Source of the DNA: Candidatus Omnitrophota bacterium
GTDB taxonomy: Bacteria > Omnitrophota > Gorgyraeia > Gygaellales > JBFMHM01
Direction of reading: 5' to 3'
Assembly: GCA_040753015.1 (NCBI GenBank)
Contig: JBFMHM010000002.1
Location: 193,126-257,125, forward strand
DNA: 64,000 nt
Shown here: in pieces, positions 1-10,324 of the stretch
How the letters are laid out: the number at the start of each line of letters is the position of its first letter
Position numbering within the stretch: position 1 is the first letter of the stretch
The notes under the pieces: generated by a model
Told to the model about the DNA's origin: nothing
The model's input: only the letters and a program-made list of their open reading frames with translations
Databases searched by the model: none
Made by a program: the position numbers and the translations under genes

Positions 1-344
1 TTATTCTTGGCATAGTCGCCTACTCCAATCAAGCAAAAAGATCATTATTAAAAATTTCAAAACAGGTTATAGAAAAATACGGGCCGGTAAGCAGAGAAAT
101 AGCTATTTTGCTTGCAAAACAAATATCGAAAATTGCAAAATCTGACATAGGTATAGGCATAACAGGAATCGCCGGGCCAACAGGTGGATCAAAATTAAAA
201 CCTGTCGGTCTTATTTTTATCGCGCTGCATTTTAATAAAAAAACCACCTGTAAAAAATTTAATTTCGTTGGCAACCGTTTAGAAATTAAGAAAAAAACTG
301 CTGATAGCGCTTTAAAACTTATTGAACAATGCCTAGCAAAATAA
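1..344 (+). CDS. CinA C-terminal domain / nicotinamide-nucleotide amidohydrolase PncC-like (5' partial, runs off window start)
   Basis: Frame 3 is open from nt 3. The translation ...ILGIVAYSNQAKRSLL...IGIGITGIAGPTGGSKLKPVGLIFIAL matches the CinA_C/PncC signature (GITGIAGPTGG). Confidence 0.65.
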   Translation, partial: ILGIVAYSNQAKRSLLKISKQVIEKYGPVSREIAILLAKQISKIAKSDIGIGITGIAGPTGGSKLKPVGLIFIALHFNKKTTCKKFNFVGNRLEIKKKTADSALKLIEQCLAK

Positions 345-901
345 GGGCTTTTATTGCTATCGAATTAGAATCTAAGGTAAAAGATAAAATTTCTCAAATT
401 CAGAATATATTACAGAAAACAAACGCTGATGCCAAATGGGTAAACCCAAAAAACATACACTTAACCTTAAAATTTTTAGGATATATTGACCAAGAAAAAA
501 GTGAAAAAATTAAACAAGTAATTGATCAAACCGCAGAAAACTTTCAAAGCTTTTCAATTGAAACATCTCAAATTGGCATATTCCCACAAAAAGGAACACC
601 GAGAGTAATTTGGATTGGAATTAAAAAAGGCAAAGAGACTTTAGAAAAAATAACCAGCAAAATAGAAGAAAAAATTGAAAAATTAGGTATCAAAAAAGAA
701 AATCGACCATTTCAAAGTCATGCCACTATTGCAAGAATTCGTAGCCCTAAAAACAAACAAATATTATTAACAGAAATCAAGCGAATAAATGAAGCTATCG
801 ACACTGAAATTCAAACCATAAGTGCCATAGCTCTATTTAGAAGTACCCTTAGTCCGTCTGGACCAACTTACAGCCTAATACACAAAGCTAAATTACAATA
901 A
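329..901 (+). CDS. thpR: RNA 2',3'-cyclic phosphodiesterase (2H phosphoesterase, LigT/ThpR family)
   Basis: 190 aa with two H-x-T/S-x motifs (HLTLKFLG and HATIAR) at the spacing expected for the 2H family. Confidence 0.7.
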   Translation: MPSKIRAFIAIELESKVKDKISQIQNILQKTNADAKWVNPKNIHLTLKFLGYIDQEKSEKIKQVIDQTAENFQSFSIETSQIGIFPQKGTPRVIWIGIKKGKETLEKITSKIEEKIEKLGIKKENRPFQSHATIARIRSPKNKQILLTEIKRINEAIDTEIQTISAIALFRSTLSPSGPTYSLIHKAKLQ

Positions 902-1645
902 CTAAAATTTATAGCTAGCTCTCAATGTTCCGCCATAAGATATAAGCTTGTTTTCCGGCCATTCATTGATAAGAGCATTCTGGAGTTTATCGTTTTTATC
1001 TTGTTTCTGATATTCCCAAAATCCGCCTAATGCAAGCATGAGCTTATCTGTAACTTTATAGCCTACTTCTAACAAAGCATCAGCAATATAGCCATTGTTG
1101 CCCTTAAAATCACCTAAAACATTGTCGTCAACGCGATTGCTAAAAATGTATGCGTATCCACCTTGGCCTGAAAGAATTAGTTTATCGGTTACTTTAAAAT
1201 CTAACAAATTTTCCATCAATATTAAGGCCTTTAATATTAGTATCATTATTTGCGTATGGGCCTATGTCTTTAATATTCCATTCTTCATTGCGGGTTTTAC
1301 TACCAAATATCCCAACCGTAAGCCCTGGAATAAAATGTTTTCCATATAAATTTTTGCATCAAAATCAATTTTTGCAAAAGCGGCACTCCAGTCACTTTCA
1401 ACAGGATATACGTCATAAGATTGTCTATAGCTCATATTCCCGCCATAGCCCTTTATACCCAATTCTAGCCTATCAAGAAATTTTCTATAAAGCGATTTTG
1501 ACACATAAGGAGCATCACAAGTTTTTGCCTCTTTAACCATCACTGCGCTACTATTTAATCCAACATCCGCAAAGCTCTTACTTAATCCCCCTAAAACAAC
1601 AAACCCAAAAACTAAAATTAAAACAAAAATTTTCCTTACCATCAC
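902..1645 (-). pseudogene. outer-membrane beta-barrel (porin/OmpW-like) gene interrupted by one in-frame TAG at 1262-1264
   Basis: ORFs 1262..1645 and 902..1246 are in the same frame and separated only by a TAG; the read-through translation is ...ILKT*AHTQIMILILK.... The upstream part has a signal peptide (MMVRKIFVLILVFGFVVLGGLSKSFA). The downstream part has alternating beta-strand-like segments and ends in the OMP-typical aromatic C-terminus ...ASYKF. Confidence 0.5.
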
Positions 1646-1714
1646 TTCCTCTATTCTTTATAAAAACATTGAACTAAGCGTTAAAATTATAATATTGCAA
1701 AATATTTGTTTCAA

Positions 1715-2200
1715 TTAATTATTTAAAAATGGCATGTTGAAAAATAATAAAATTCGTAATGCAGTATTTGCGTAAATTCCGGCTAAAATATCATCGCCCA
1801 TAATACCAAGTGAACCATGAAAACGCTCAATTTTTTTGGAAGGGTAAACTTTTAAACCATCAAAAGCTCGAAATAATATAAAACCTAAAAATGCAATATT
1901 TAAACTAAACGGTATAAATAATAAACTAACTAATTGTCCGCACAAATCATCAATAATTATTTTTTTGCAATCTTTTTTTCGAAAGATATATTCGGCTTTA
2001 CCACAATACAGAAAACCTAGGATAACTAACATAAAAGTTATCAAAAAATAAACTGCGGGATTTTTATATACTAAAGAATAAATTATAAGACCAAGAAAGC
2101 TACCAACTGTCCCAGGAAAAATTGGAAAATACCCAAAGAAAAATATAGTAGTAATAAGCCGCGTAATCATGATCTTAATATTATTTTTCGATTTTGCCAT
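1715..2200 (-). CDS. pgpA: phosphatidylglycerophosphatase A
   Basis: PgpA signature FGYFPIFPGTVGS; 161 aa membrane protein. Confidence 0.75.
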   Translation of the reverse strand: MAKSKNNIKIMITRLITTIFFFGYFPIFPGTVGSFLGLIIYSLVYKNPAVYFLITFMLVILGFLYCGKAEYIFRKKDCKKIIIDDLCGQLVSLLFIPFSLNIAFLGFILFRAFDGLKVYPSKKIERFHGSLGIMGDDILAGIYANTALRILLFFNMPFLNN

Positions 2201-2745
2201 AGATAAGATAATCCTGAAGTAAGAGTTAGAATAATTGCAATATCCATGACAATATAAATACTATAATGTATAATTGTATCAATTGAAGCATTCCATAAAG
2301 ACGCCCTTATAAGGTATTCTTTTATAATTATTGAAAGTAATATAAAAAATATCGCGGCCATTTGAGATACTGTCTTTTGCTTGCCGGCACGCGATGCCGC
2401 CAAAACTTTATTTTCAGCTAAGGCATAGGCTCTAAGTGTAGTAATAATAAATTCTCTAATAAAAATTAAAACTACCATCCAAACTTCAATTATATTTAAC
2501 TGAACAAAACTAATAAATGCACCTAACACCAATATCTTATCTGCAATAGGATCGAGAATTTTTCCTAAATTAGATACCTGGTTTCTATTCTTTGCCAGCC
2601 AGCCATCATAATAATCAGTTAAAGACGCAAGCACAAATATTATTAAAGCCGTTACTTTCGAAGCTAACCCCTGGCAAAAAAGAAAAAATATAAAAACAAA
2701 CGCTAAAACTATCCTGGAAAAAGTAATTTTATTTGCTAGCGTCAT
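2167..2745 (-). CDS. pgsA: CDP-diacylglycerol--glycerol-3-phosphate 3-phosphatidyltransferase
   Basis: CDP-alcohol phosphatidyltransferase motif D-x2-DG-x2-AR...G-x3-D-x3-D (DYYDGWLAK...LGKILDPIADK); 192 aa. Confidence 0.8.
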   Translation of the reverse strand: MTLANKITFSRIVLAFVFIFFLFCQGLASKVTALIIFVLASLTDYYDGWLAKNRNQVSNLGKILDPIADKILVLGAFISFVQLNIIEVWMVVLIFIREFIITTLRAYALAENKVLAASRAGKQKTVSQMAAIFFILLSIIIKEYLIRASLWNASIDTIIHYSIYIVMDIAIILTLTSGLSYLWQNRKIILRS

Positions 2746-3995
2746 AATAATTCTCCAGCTAAATCATATTCATAAGCATCAATAATCTTTACCTTCTTAA
2801 AAATACCTAAATTAAAAAGTGACTTTGTATCTATTATCACCTGGTTATCGACTTCTGGCGCATCAGCCTGTGTACGCGCTAAATAACCACTATGAATCTT
2901 TTCATCAATTAAAACTTCTTTTATCTGGCCAATCAAAGACTGGTTTAATTTTAATGATATATTCTTTTGCTTATTCATCAAAATATCTAAACGTTGTCTT
3001 TTAATTGAATCTTCAATATGGCCTGAAAAATTATAGGCCTGCGTACCTTCTTCTTTAGAGTATATAAAAGCTCCCAGCCGCTGGAATTTTTGCATCTCTA
3101 CAAAATTAACCAGTTCTTCAAATTCAGCGGCAGTTTCTGAAGGGAACCCAACAATGATACTTGTCCGAATAGTTAAATTCTTTATTTCATTTCTTAATTT
3201 ATCAATCAAATTGTTGATTTCTTTTTTTGTAATTTGCCTATTCATTAGTTTTAATATCCTATCATTTATATGCTGAATAGGTAAATCAATATACTTACAA
3301 ATCCTGGGTTCGGTTTTTATCAAACTAATTAACTCGTTATCGATATGCCTTGGATGAAGATAAAGCAATCGAAACCATTTAATATTCTTTGATTTTTTTA
3401 GAATTAGTTTTAAAAGAGCAGCAAGATTAATTTCATTTTTTAAATCCAACCCATAAGAAGAAATATCCTGTCCAATAATATTAAGTTCTGAGATTTTACG
3501 CCTATCAAAATATTCTACATCGGAAAGAACATCCTTTGGTTTTTGGCTCTTAAGATCACCTTTAATCTGCGGAATACAACAATAGCTACAATTATTAGAA
3601 CATCCTTCAGCGATTTTCAGATAACCAATATGTTTTGGTGTTAAACTAAACCTATTGTGATATCCTGATGAAGAAATTCGCCCAATAAAAGCATCTACTT
3701 CTTTAAATTCTTTCTCTAAAACAGCGCTGTAACGTTGAACAAGGCATCCTGCAACTATTATTTTTTTTAACTTTGCCTTTTTCTTAAGATCGATAAGATC
3801 AAGAATAGTATCAATCGATTCTTTCTTTGCATCTTCAATAAAACTACAAGTATTAACTATCGCTATATCGGCGTTTTTTAGGTCTGATACAATCCTGTAT
3901 TTCTTTTTATTTAAACCGCCGAGAATCACCTCAGAATCAACTAAGTTACGAGGGCATCCTAGGCTAATAATCCCTACGGTTATCCTAGAAATCAT
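2742..3995 (-). CDS. rimO: radical-SAM methylthiotransferase, RimO/MiaB family (likely ribosomal protein S12 methylthiotransferase)
   Basis: N-terminal MTTase domain (ISLGCPRNLVDSE), radical-SAM cysteine cluster (CSNNCSYCCIP) and C-terminal TRAM domain; 417 aa. Confidence 0.65.
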   Translation of the reverse strand: MISRITVGIISLGCPRNLVDSEVILGGLNKKKYRIVSDLKNADIAIVNTCSFIEDAKKESIDTILDLIDLKKKAKLKKIIVAGCLVQRYSAVLEKEFKEVDAFIGRISSSGYHNRFSLTPKHIGYLKIAEGCSNNCSYCCIPQIKGDLKSQKPKDVLSDVEYFDRRKISELNIIGQDISSYGLDLKNEINLAALLKLILKKSKNIKWFRLLYLHPRHIDNELISLIKTEPRICKYIDLPIQHINDRILKLMNRQITKKEINNLIDKLRNEIKNLTIRTSIIVGFPSETAAEFEELVNFVEMQKFQRLGAFIYSKEEGTQAYNFSGHIEDSIKRQRLDILMNKQKNISLKLNQSLIGQIKEVLIDEKIHSGYLARTQADAPEVDNQVIIDTKSLFNLGIFKKVKIIDAYEYDLAGELL

Positions 3996-4792
3996 TTATT
4001 AATATCTATACCGTCTTTAGTAATTAAAATTTTCTTTATTACCTGCCCCCGGCTTCCTAAAGAAGGTAATATTCTTCCGTTTAACTGTAATTCAAGGCCC
4101 CCCGCATTGCCAACAGCTAATTCTAACTTTTCTTTAGCAACCCAAACTTCGGTGTTGCCTTTTTGCAAAACATTTTGGAATACTGTCCTTCCATCGCTTT
4201 TAATCCTTAACCATGAATTTTGTTTTGCATGAATCGTAAGGCTTAGGCTACCCTTAATCGCAAAAGAAGTATTAGTTGTTTTATCTAATTGCTTAGTTTT
4301 AATAGGCGTAGAATTTCCTTGGGATCTCTGTTTTGCTTTATTTTTTTGCTGTAAAAATGAAGTTTTTTCTTTTGGTTTTACAATATTCTTTGGCCGTGCT
4401 AAAAAAAGACCTATAATTATAATCAAGGGGATTGCAAAAATTAATTTTATCCATTTTGGATTAAAATCTACCCTTTTTTTCTGTTTTTCTTGTTCTTCTT
4501 TCGGCTTATCTTTTTTAAATTTTGGTATTTCTCTATGTTGTAATTTTATAGGCTCCATTTCCTGGACTTCAGATTTTCTTGGCTGAGGGATAAAATTATT
4601 TGGATCTAAACCCAAAAATTTACAATAAATTTTCAAGAACCCTCTTAAATAAACAGGATTAATCGTATCAAATTGATTGTCTTCGATAGCCCTAAGAACT
4701 TTCTCTTGGAGTTTTGTTCCTTCTTTAAGTTGTTCGAAAGAAATGTTCTTTGATTCTCTTATTTTTTTTAACTGATTACCTATTGGTTCCAT
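3992..4792 (-). CDS. rodZ: RodZ-like cytoskeleton protein (XRE-type HTH + TM + DUF4115)
   Basis: N-terminal HTH (LKKIRESKNISFEQLKEGTKL), a central TM segment and a C-terminal RodZ_C-like region (SLSLTIHAKQNSWLRIKSDG...). Confidence 0.6.
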   Translation of the reverse strand: MEPIGNQLKKIRESKNISFEQLKEGTKLQEKVLRAIEDNQFDTINPVYLRGFLKIYCKFLGLDPNNFIPQPRKSEVQEMEPIKLQHREIPKFKKDKPKEEQEKQKKRVDFNPKWIKLIFAIPLIIIIGLFLARPKNIVKPKEKTSFLQQKNKAKQRSQGNSTPIKTKQLDKTTNTSFAIKGSLSLTIHAKQNSWLRIKSDGRTVFQNVLQKGNTEVWVAKEKLELAVGNAGGLELQLNGRILPSLGSRGQVIKKILITKDGIDINK

Positions 4793-6959
4793 TTTCTTGG
4801 CCTAAATTTAATAATGCATCTTTTTGTTCTTTTAACCACGCATCCCTATCAATAAGAATTTTGCGCGGCTTGCTGCCTTCGAATGGGCCTACAATCCCAT
4901 CGCGCTCCATTGCATCTATAAGACGAGCTGCGCGCGTATAACCTAGTCTCATGCGCCTTTGCAAAATTGATACGGACGCCTGATTGCTTTCTAAAACTGT
5001 TTTAACCGCATCATCGAATAGTTCATCTTTTTCTGAATCACCAGTAAACGAATGGCTTTCTTGTTTTAAAATTTCTTCATTAAATTGAGGCGAAGCCTGC
5101 TGTTTAATAAACTCAACAATCCTTTCTATTTCCTTATCTTTAACCAACGCCCCTTGAGCCCTAATCAGTTTTGCTTCGCCAGGCTTCAGAAATAAAAGGT
5201 CTCCGCGGCCTAAAAGTTTATCTGCTCCGTTAGAATCTAAAACTGTGCGGGAATCAACTTTAGAAGCCACCTGAAAAGAAACTCTTGCTGGAAAATTCGC
5301 TTTTATAACACCGGTAATAACATCGACTGACGGCCTCTGGGTAGCCAAAATTAAATGAATACCAACAGCTCTTGATAATTGTGCAAGGCGCGCAATTGAA
5401 GTTTCTATATGATTTGCTGCAACCGCCATAAGATCGGCTAACTCATCAATTAAAACAACAATATAATGCATTTTTTCATTTGGCTCTTTTTCATTAAAAG
5501 CTGTAATATTCCTTGCGCCGCTTGCAGCAAGCCTCCTGTATCTTTCTTCCATCTCACTAACAAGCCAAGACAACGCCGCCTGGGCCTTTTTTGCATCAGT
5601 TACAACTGGACAAATTAAATGTGGCAGGCCATTAAATGGAGCAAGCTCTACCATTTTCGGATCAACCATAATAAACTTAACATCATCTGGCGAAGCCCGA
5701 TACAGCATAGAAAGAATTAACCCGTTAACGCAAACGGTTTTGCCAGAACCAGTAGTCCCGGCAATCAAAAGATGAGGCATATCAGCTAAATCTGCAACGA
5801 GCGGTTTACCAGCAATATCCTTGCCTAAAGCAAGGCTAATTTTAGAATTAGTCTCTTGAAATTCTCTGGAACCAAGTACCTCTTTTAAATAGACTAAGCC
5901 CATCTGCGTATTTGGAACCTCAATACCTACGCGAGCTTTTCCCGGAATAGGAGCCACAATACGAACCGTCGGTGCTTTCATCGCAAGCGCTATATCATCG
6001 CTTAAAGAAACTATTCTTTGAATTTTTACCCCTGGTGCCGGCTCAAGCTCATAACGAGTAATAACTGGGCCGCGCTCAATATCAGTAACTTTAACCATCA
6101 GGTTAAAATCAGATAAAGTATCTTCTAGTATTCTCGCATTAGACTCAAGATCTTCCTTAACCTGCCTTGCTCCCACTGGCGGGGGTGATTCAAGTAAATC
6201 AATGCTTGGTAATTTATAATCACCAATTTTATGAATAACTTTCGGCTTAAAATCATCTTTCTTATTAACTTCTTTTTCTTTTAACTCTTTTGGCTGAAAA
6301 ATTTGAATTCGCGGCGGTTCTTTAATAGAAATGGGCAGAGGAGCTAAAGCCGGCTTACTCTCTTTAATACTAGGAATATTCGACTCTTTAATTTTAGGTT
6401 TTGTTCTGCGCCTAAAAAAACCTAATATTATCTGTTTGGCCATAACAATAAAATCTATGAAAATTTTTGAGAACAAAATTTCCATTACTAATATTAATGA
6501 AGCAAGCCCCAAAGACATTACTATAATATAAGCGCCTATTGTACCAAAATATTTAGTTAGGAATATTGAAATTATGCTTCCTGATGCTCCTGCGCGAGTA
6601 AATCGAGCGCTTAACGAGCTATCGCCAATCAATGAAAGAATAGCGCTTAACGAGAACAAAAGAACTAAAAATCCTATTATTTTTGCCGGACGCCACTTAA
6701 TTTCTTCATCACCGAATTTCTTCATCGACCACAAGAACAAAATAACAGTAATCAAAAAACTTGCATATCCCCAGATAAAATTAAGGCCGAAAGCAATATA
6801 AGCACCAAAAACTTTAACAAAATTTTTTGCAGGGATATTTGAATGGGATGATAATAAAGATAGGTCGGATGGCGTATAAGATATAAGGCTTAAAAAAACT
6901 AAAATCGCAAAAGCAAAAAGCAATATTGCTTTTATTTCATTTATTATCTTGGGTTTCAC
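4776..6959 (-). CDS. ftsK: DNA translocase FtsK/SpoIIIE
   Basis: N-terminal TM segments, Walker A GTTGSGKT, and a C-terminal gamma winged-helix domain (SVSILQRRMRLGYTRAARLIDAMERDGIVGP). Confidence 0.9.
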   Translation of the reverse strand: MKPKIINEIKAILLFAFAILVFLSLISYTPSDLSLLSSHSNIPAKNFVKVFGAYIAFGLNFIWGYASFLITVILFLWSMKKFGDEEIKWRPAKIIGFLVLLFSLSAILSLIGDSSLSARFTRAGASGSIISIFLTKYFGTIGAYIIVMSLGLASLILVMEILFSKIFIDFIVMAKQIILGFFRRRTKPKIKESNIPSIKESKPALAPLPISIKEPPRIQIFQPKELKEKEVNKKDDFKPKVIHKIGDYKLPSIDLLESPPPVGARQVKEDLESNARILEDTLSDFNLMVKVTDIERGPVITRYELEPAPGVKIQRIVSLSDDIALAMKAPTVRIVAPIPGKARVGIEVPNTQMGLVYLKEVLGSREFQETNSKISLALGKDIAGKPLVADLADMPHLLIAGTTGSGKTVCVNGLILSMLYRASPDDVKFIMVDPKMVELAPFNGLPHLICPVVTDAKKAQAALSWLVSEMEERYRRLAASGARNITAFNEKEPNEKMHYIVVLIDELADLMAVAANHIETSIARLAQLSRAVGIHLILATQRPSVDVITGVIKANFPARVSFQVASKVDSRTVLDSNGADKLLGRGDLLFLKPGEAKLIRAQGALVKDKEIERIVEFIKQQASPQFNEEILKQESHSFTGDSEKDELFDDAVKTVLESNQASVSILQRRMRLGYTRAARLIDAMERDGIVGPFEGSKPRKILIDRDAWLKEQKDALLNLGQENGTNR

Positions 6960-9033
6960 TGTCTACTCGTTTTTTACTAAGACGAATTTTTCCTGCATCA
7001 TCGATTTCAGTGACTTTAACCCGGACTATATCTCCAACTTTAACTACATCTTCAACATTTTTAACAAAACGATCGGCAAGCTCGGAAACATGAATTAAGC
7101 CCTCTTTATTAGGAAGTATCTCGCAAAATGCACCGAAATTCGTGACACGGGTAATTTTACCCTCATAGATTTTTCCAATTTCTGCTTCTTCCGTAAGCCC
7201 ACGCACAATAGCGACTGCTTTCTCTTGTGCCTTGGCATCATTTGAAGAAATCAATACAGAACCATCATCTTCTATATCAATCTGCACACCGGTATCCTGA
7301 ATAATTTTTCTTATTGTTTTACCCCCCGGCCCGATTAATCCACCGATTTTTTCTGGGTTAATTTTTATTGTTACAATTCTTGGAGCATAACTAGATAATT
7401 CTGTCCGCGGTAAAGATAAAGTTTGCTTCATTTTTTCTAAAATTAAAAGGCGGGCTTCTTTTGCCTGATAAAGAGCATCCTCTAATAATTTTAAACTAAT
7501 CCCCTTAATTTTTAAATCAAGCTGCACAGCGGTAACTCCGTCTTTAGTCCCGGCAACCTTAAAATCCATATCACCAAAATGATCCTCAAGGCCGCTTATA
7601 TCTGTCAAAATAACTGTCTGGTTACCATCTTTAACTAATCCAAGCGCAACACCGGCAACAGGAGCTTTTATCGGAACACCTGCATCCATCAAAGCGAGCG
7701 TTGAAGCACAAACCGTTGCCATACTTGATGAACCATTAGACTCTAGAATCTCTGATACAACCCTTACGGTATAAGGGAATTCTTCTTTTGTAGGCATAAT
7801 CGCCTTAAGCGCTTTTTCGGCTAATGCACCGTGCCCGATTTCGCGCCTACCTGGCCCACGAACAGGTTTAATCTCACCAACGCTAAATGGTGGAAAGCTG
7901 TAATGCAGCATAAATGCCTTTGTAGTTTCACCTTCAAGCGCCTCAATCATCTGTTCATCGGCGGCTGTGCCAAGCGTTGTTACAGCAAGACTTTGTGTTG
8001 CTCCTCTCGTAAACAAACTTGATCCGTGAGTCCTTGGTAAAACCCCAACTTCACAAGTAATCGGGCGGATTTCTTTTTGGCCACGGCCATCAATCCTAAT
8101 CTTCTTATCTAAGATATATTTCCTTACTTTCTCGCTCTCCGCTTCAATCAACGCAGCCTTTATGTCACAATCAGCGCACTCATCTGAAACAAATTGTGCC
8201 TCTAGTTCCTTACAAAGAACATTGAGAGCTTCCTCCCGCTCTTCCTTTTCAGAAATACTGCAAATTTCATTTAACCTATTTTCTGCGGCAACCCTAACCT
8301 GTGAAATTATCTGCGCGTTAACCTTTTTAAATATCGGTTGTATCTTCTCTTTGCCAGCATCTTTTATAAATTCTTCTTGCAACTCAATCAAATGCAAATA
8401 ATTTTTATGGCCAAATTTTATTGCATCTAAAATCACTTCCTCGCTTAACATTTTTGACCTAATTTCTAGCATACAAACTTCATCTTTTGTGCCAACAACA
8501 ACAACATCAATATCTGATTCTTGACTTTGCGCATATGTTGGATTAAGCACGAAATTACCATTAATTCTACCTACTCTTACGACCCCTAGCGGACCGCCAA
8601 AAGGAATCTCTGAAATAGACAATGCACAAGATGCACCTAGAACAGCCAAAACATCTGGGTCATTTTCTCCATCACTAGACAAAACCATTGCCATAACCTG
8701 AACTTCATTTAAAAGATCTTTTGGAAACAACGGCCTTATAGGCCTATCTATCAAACGGCTGATTAAAATTTCGTTTTCTGACGGCCTTCCTTCGCGCTTG
8801 AAATACCCCCCAGGAATTCTTCCCGCAGCGTAAGTTTTTTCTTGATATTCAACAGTTAGAGGAAAAAAATCAATGCCCTCTTTTGCCTCCTTTGAAACAC
8901 AAGCAGTAACAAGTACACATGTACCGCCATACTGGACATAAACAGCGCCACTGGACTGCTTTGCCATATGGCCAGTTTCTAATAAAAGTGTACGGCCGGC
9001 AAACTCAATTGATGCCTTTTTTTGTTTTTGCAT
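6937..9033 (-). CDS. pnp: polyribonucleotide nucleotidyltransferase (PNPase)
   Basis: 698 aa with two RNase PH domains plus KH and S1 domains (KIRLSKKRV C-terminal tail). Confidence 0.95.
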   Translation of the reverse strand: MQKQKKASIEFAGRTLLLETGHMAKQSSGAVYVQYGGTCVLVTACVSKEAKEGIDFFPLTVEYQEKTYAAGRIPGGYFKREGRPSENEILISRLIDRPIRPLFPKDLLNEVQVMAMVLSSDGENDPDVLAVLGASCALSISEIPFGGPLGVVRVGRINGNFVLNPTYAQSQESDIDVVVVGTKDEVCMLEIRSKMLSEEVILDAIKFGHKNYLHLIELQEEFIKDAGKEKIQPIFKKVNAQIISQVRVAAENRLNEICSISEKEEREEALNVLCKELEAQFVSDECADCDIKAALIEAESEKVRKYILDKKIRIDGRGQKEIRPITCEVGVLPRTHGSSLFTRGATQSLAVTTLGTAADEQMIEALEGETTKAFMLHYSFPPFSVGEIKPVRGPGRREIGHGALAEKALKAIMPTKEEFPYTVRVVSEILESNGSSSMATVCASTLALMDAGVPIKAPVAGVALGLVKDGNQTVILTDISGLEDHFGDMDFKVAGTKDGVTAVQLDLKIKGISLKLLEDALYQAKEARLLILEKMKQTLSLPRTELSSYAPRIVTIKINPEKIGGLIGPGGKTIRKIIQDTGVQIDIEDDGSVLISSNDAKAQEKAVAIVRGLTEEAEIGKIYEGKITRVTNFGAFCEILPNKEGLIHVSELADRFVKNVEDVVKVGDIVRVKVTEIDDAGKIRLSKKRVDSETQDNK

Positions 9034-9034
9034 T

Positions 9035-9310
9035 TTATAATCCTAGTTTTTTTATAAGTTCTTCGTGCTTTTTGGGTTGGGATTTCTTGAGGTAATCAAG
9101 AAGCCGTTTACGCCTGCCAACAAGCATTAGAAGCCCGCGGCGGGAGGCAAAATCTTTTTTATGAGCTTTAAAATGTTCGTTCAAATCATTAATTCTTTTC
9201 GTCAAAAGCGCAATTTGTACCGCGCTTGAACCAGTATCTTTTTCGTGAATTTTAAAATCTTTTGATATCTTTGTCTTCTCTGTCTTAGTTATTTTCTTAT
9301 TTGAAACCAC
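9035..9310 (-). CDS. rpsO: 30S ribosomal protein S15
   Basis: 91 aa; [50 protein letters not shown]; canonical rpsO-pnp adjacency. Confidence 0.9.
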   Translation of the reverse strand: MVSNKKITKTEKTKISKDFKIHEKDTGSSAVQIALLTKRINDLNEHFKAHKKDFASRRGLLMLVGRRKRLLDYLKKSQPKKHEELIKKLGL

Positions 9311-9380
9311 TTCATTCCTCCATATTTAATAAATTAGTTGTTAAAAGTAATAATTAGTATATCTTTAATAGCTTTGTGCG

Positions 9381-10046
9381 TCAAGGAATATTTACTGTAA
9401 GCGGCAAAGAAATATCGCCAACGACTATTTTGCCAGCATATTTATTTGCTATTTTTTTAACCAAACCTTTCTTCATCAAACCAAACGTAATTGTCTTTTT
9501 GGCAATGATTGCATTACCTAAAGGCTTTCCTGTATCCGCATCTAAACCTGAGGGAACATCTAAAGCTAAAACTGGTATTTTACTCATATTAATAGTATTA
9601 AATAACCCCTGATAAAATTCATTAAGCCTACCCTTTAAACCAATACCAAAAATAGCATCGATAATTAAATCATATCGCTTAATTTCTTTTTTAAGCCTGG
9701 CAAAAGCATTGGCCTCTTTAATTAATCTAATTTTTTGCTTCATCTTACATAAAATTTGATAGTTTAATTTTGATTCTTGACTAAGTTCTCTATTTTTGCC
9801 TACTAAATAAACTTGAACCTTTATTCCTTTGTTTAATAAATGCCTTACAACAACAAAACCATCGCCTCCATTATTCCCATAGCCACAAAAAACTGCAGCA
9901 CGTCCGTTTTTAGGAAACATTTTTAATGCCTCTTCGCTGGCTGACCGGCCGGCATTTTCCATTAAAATTAATGCGGGTAACCCATAGCGGTTTATTACCG
10001 TAGCATCTAACTTTTTCATTTGTGATGCGCTAATAACTTTTGGCAT
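9381..10046 (-). CDS. nnrE: NAD(P)H-hydrate epimerase (YjeF N-terminal domain)
   Basis: YjeF_N motifs (ENAGRSASEE...VFCGYGNNGGDGFVVVRHL). Confidence 0.7.
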   Translation of the reverse strand: MPKVISASQMKKLDATVINRYGLPALILMENAGRSASEEALKMFPKNGRAAVFCGYGNNGGDGFVVVRHLLNKGIKVQVYLVGKNRELSQESKLNYQILCKMKQKIRLIKEANAFARLKKEIKRYDLIIDAIFGIGLKGRLNEFYQGLFNTINMSKIPVLALDVPSGLDADTGKPLGNAIIAKKTITFGLMKKGLVKKIANKYAGKIVVGDISLPLTVNIP

Positions 10047-10051
10047 AGTTT

Positions 10052-10246
10052 TTAACGGTTATTTAAATAATTCTCAATTGAGCGATCGTATGTAGCTTCG
10101 GTTTTTTCGTCAAAGTAACAAGCTGGAAGCTGGCCAACTTTTCTATGGTATGCCAAGCACTCACAACATATCCCGTGCCTTGGACATCCGCTATAAGTAC
10201 AATTACACATTTTATTATTTTTCTTTAAATTAATACATTCGCTCAT
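10052..10246 (-). CDS. small cysteine-rich protein (64 aa, 8 Cys, putative zinc-ribbon)
   Basis: MCNCTYSGCPRHGICCECLAYH; an 8-Cys/2-His cluster in about 30 residues with no TM segment. Confidence 0.4.
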   Translation of the reverse strand: MSECINLKKNNKMCNCTYSGCPRHGICCECLAYHRKVGQLPACYFDEKTEATYDRSIENYLNNR

Positions 10247-10324
10247 AGAATTTATTCTCCAATTACTTGCACAACTATTTGGCGTTCTCTGTGGACATAA
10301 TGTTTATTGCATTAATAATTATCC

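Noticed and set aside
29-274. 81-aa minus-strand ORF at the window start
   Set aside because: It lies antisense within the clearly CinA/PncC-like plus-strand frame that is open from nt 3, has no recognisable motifs, and is probably spurious.
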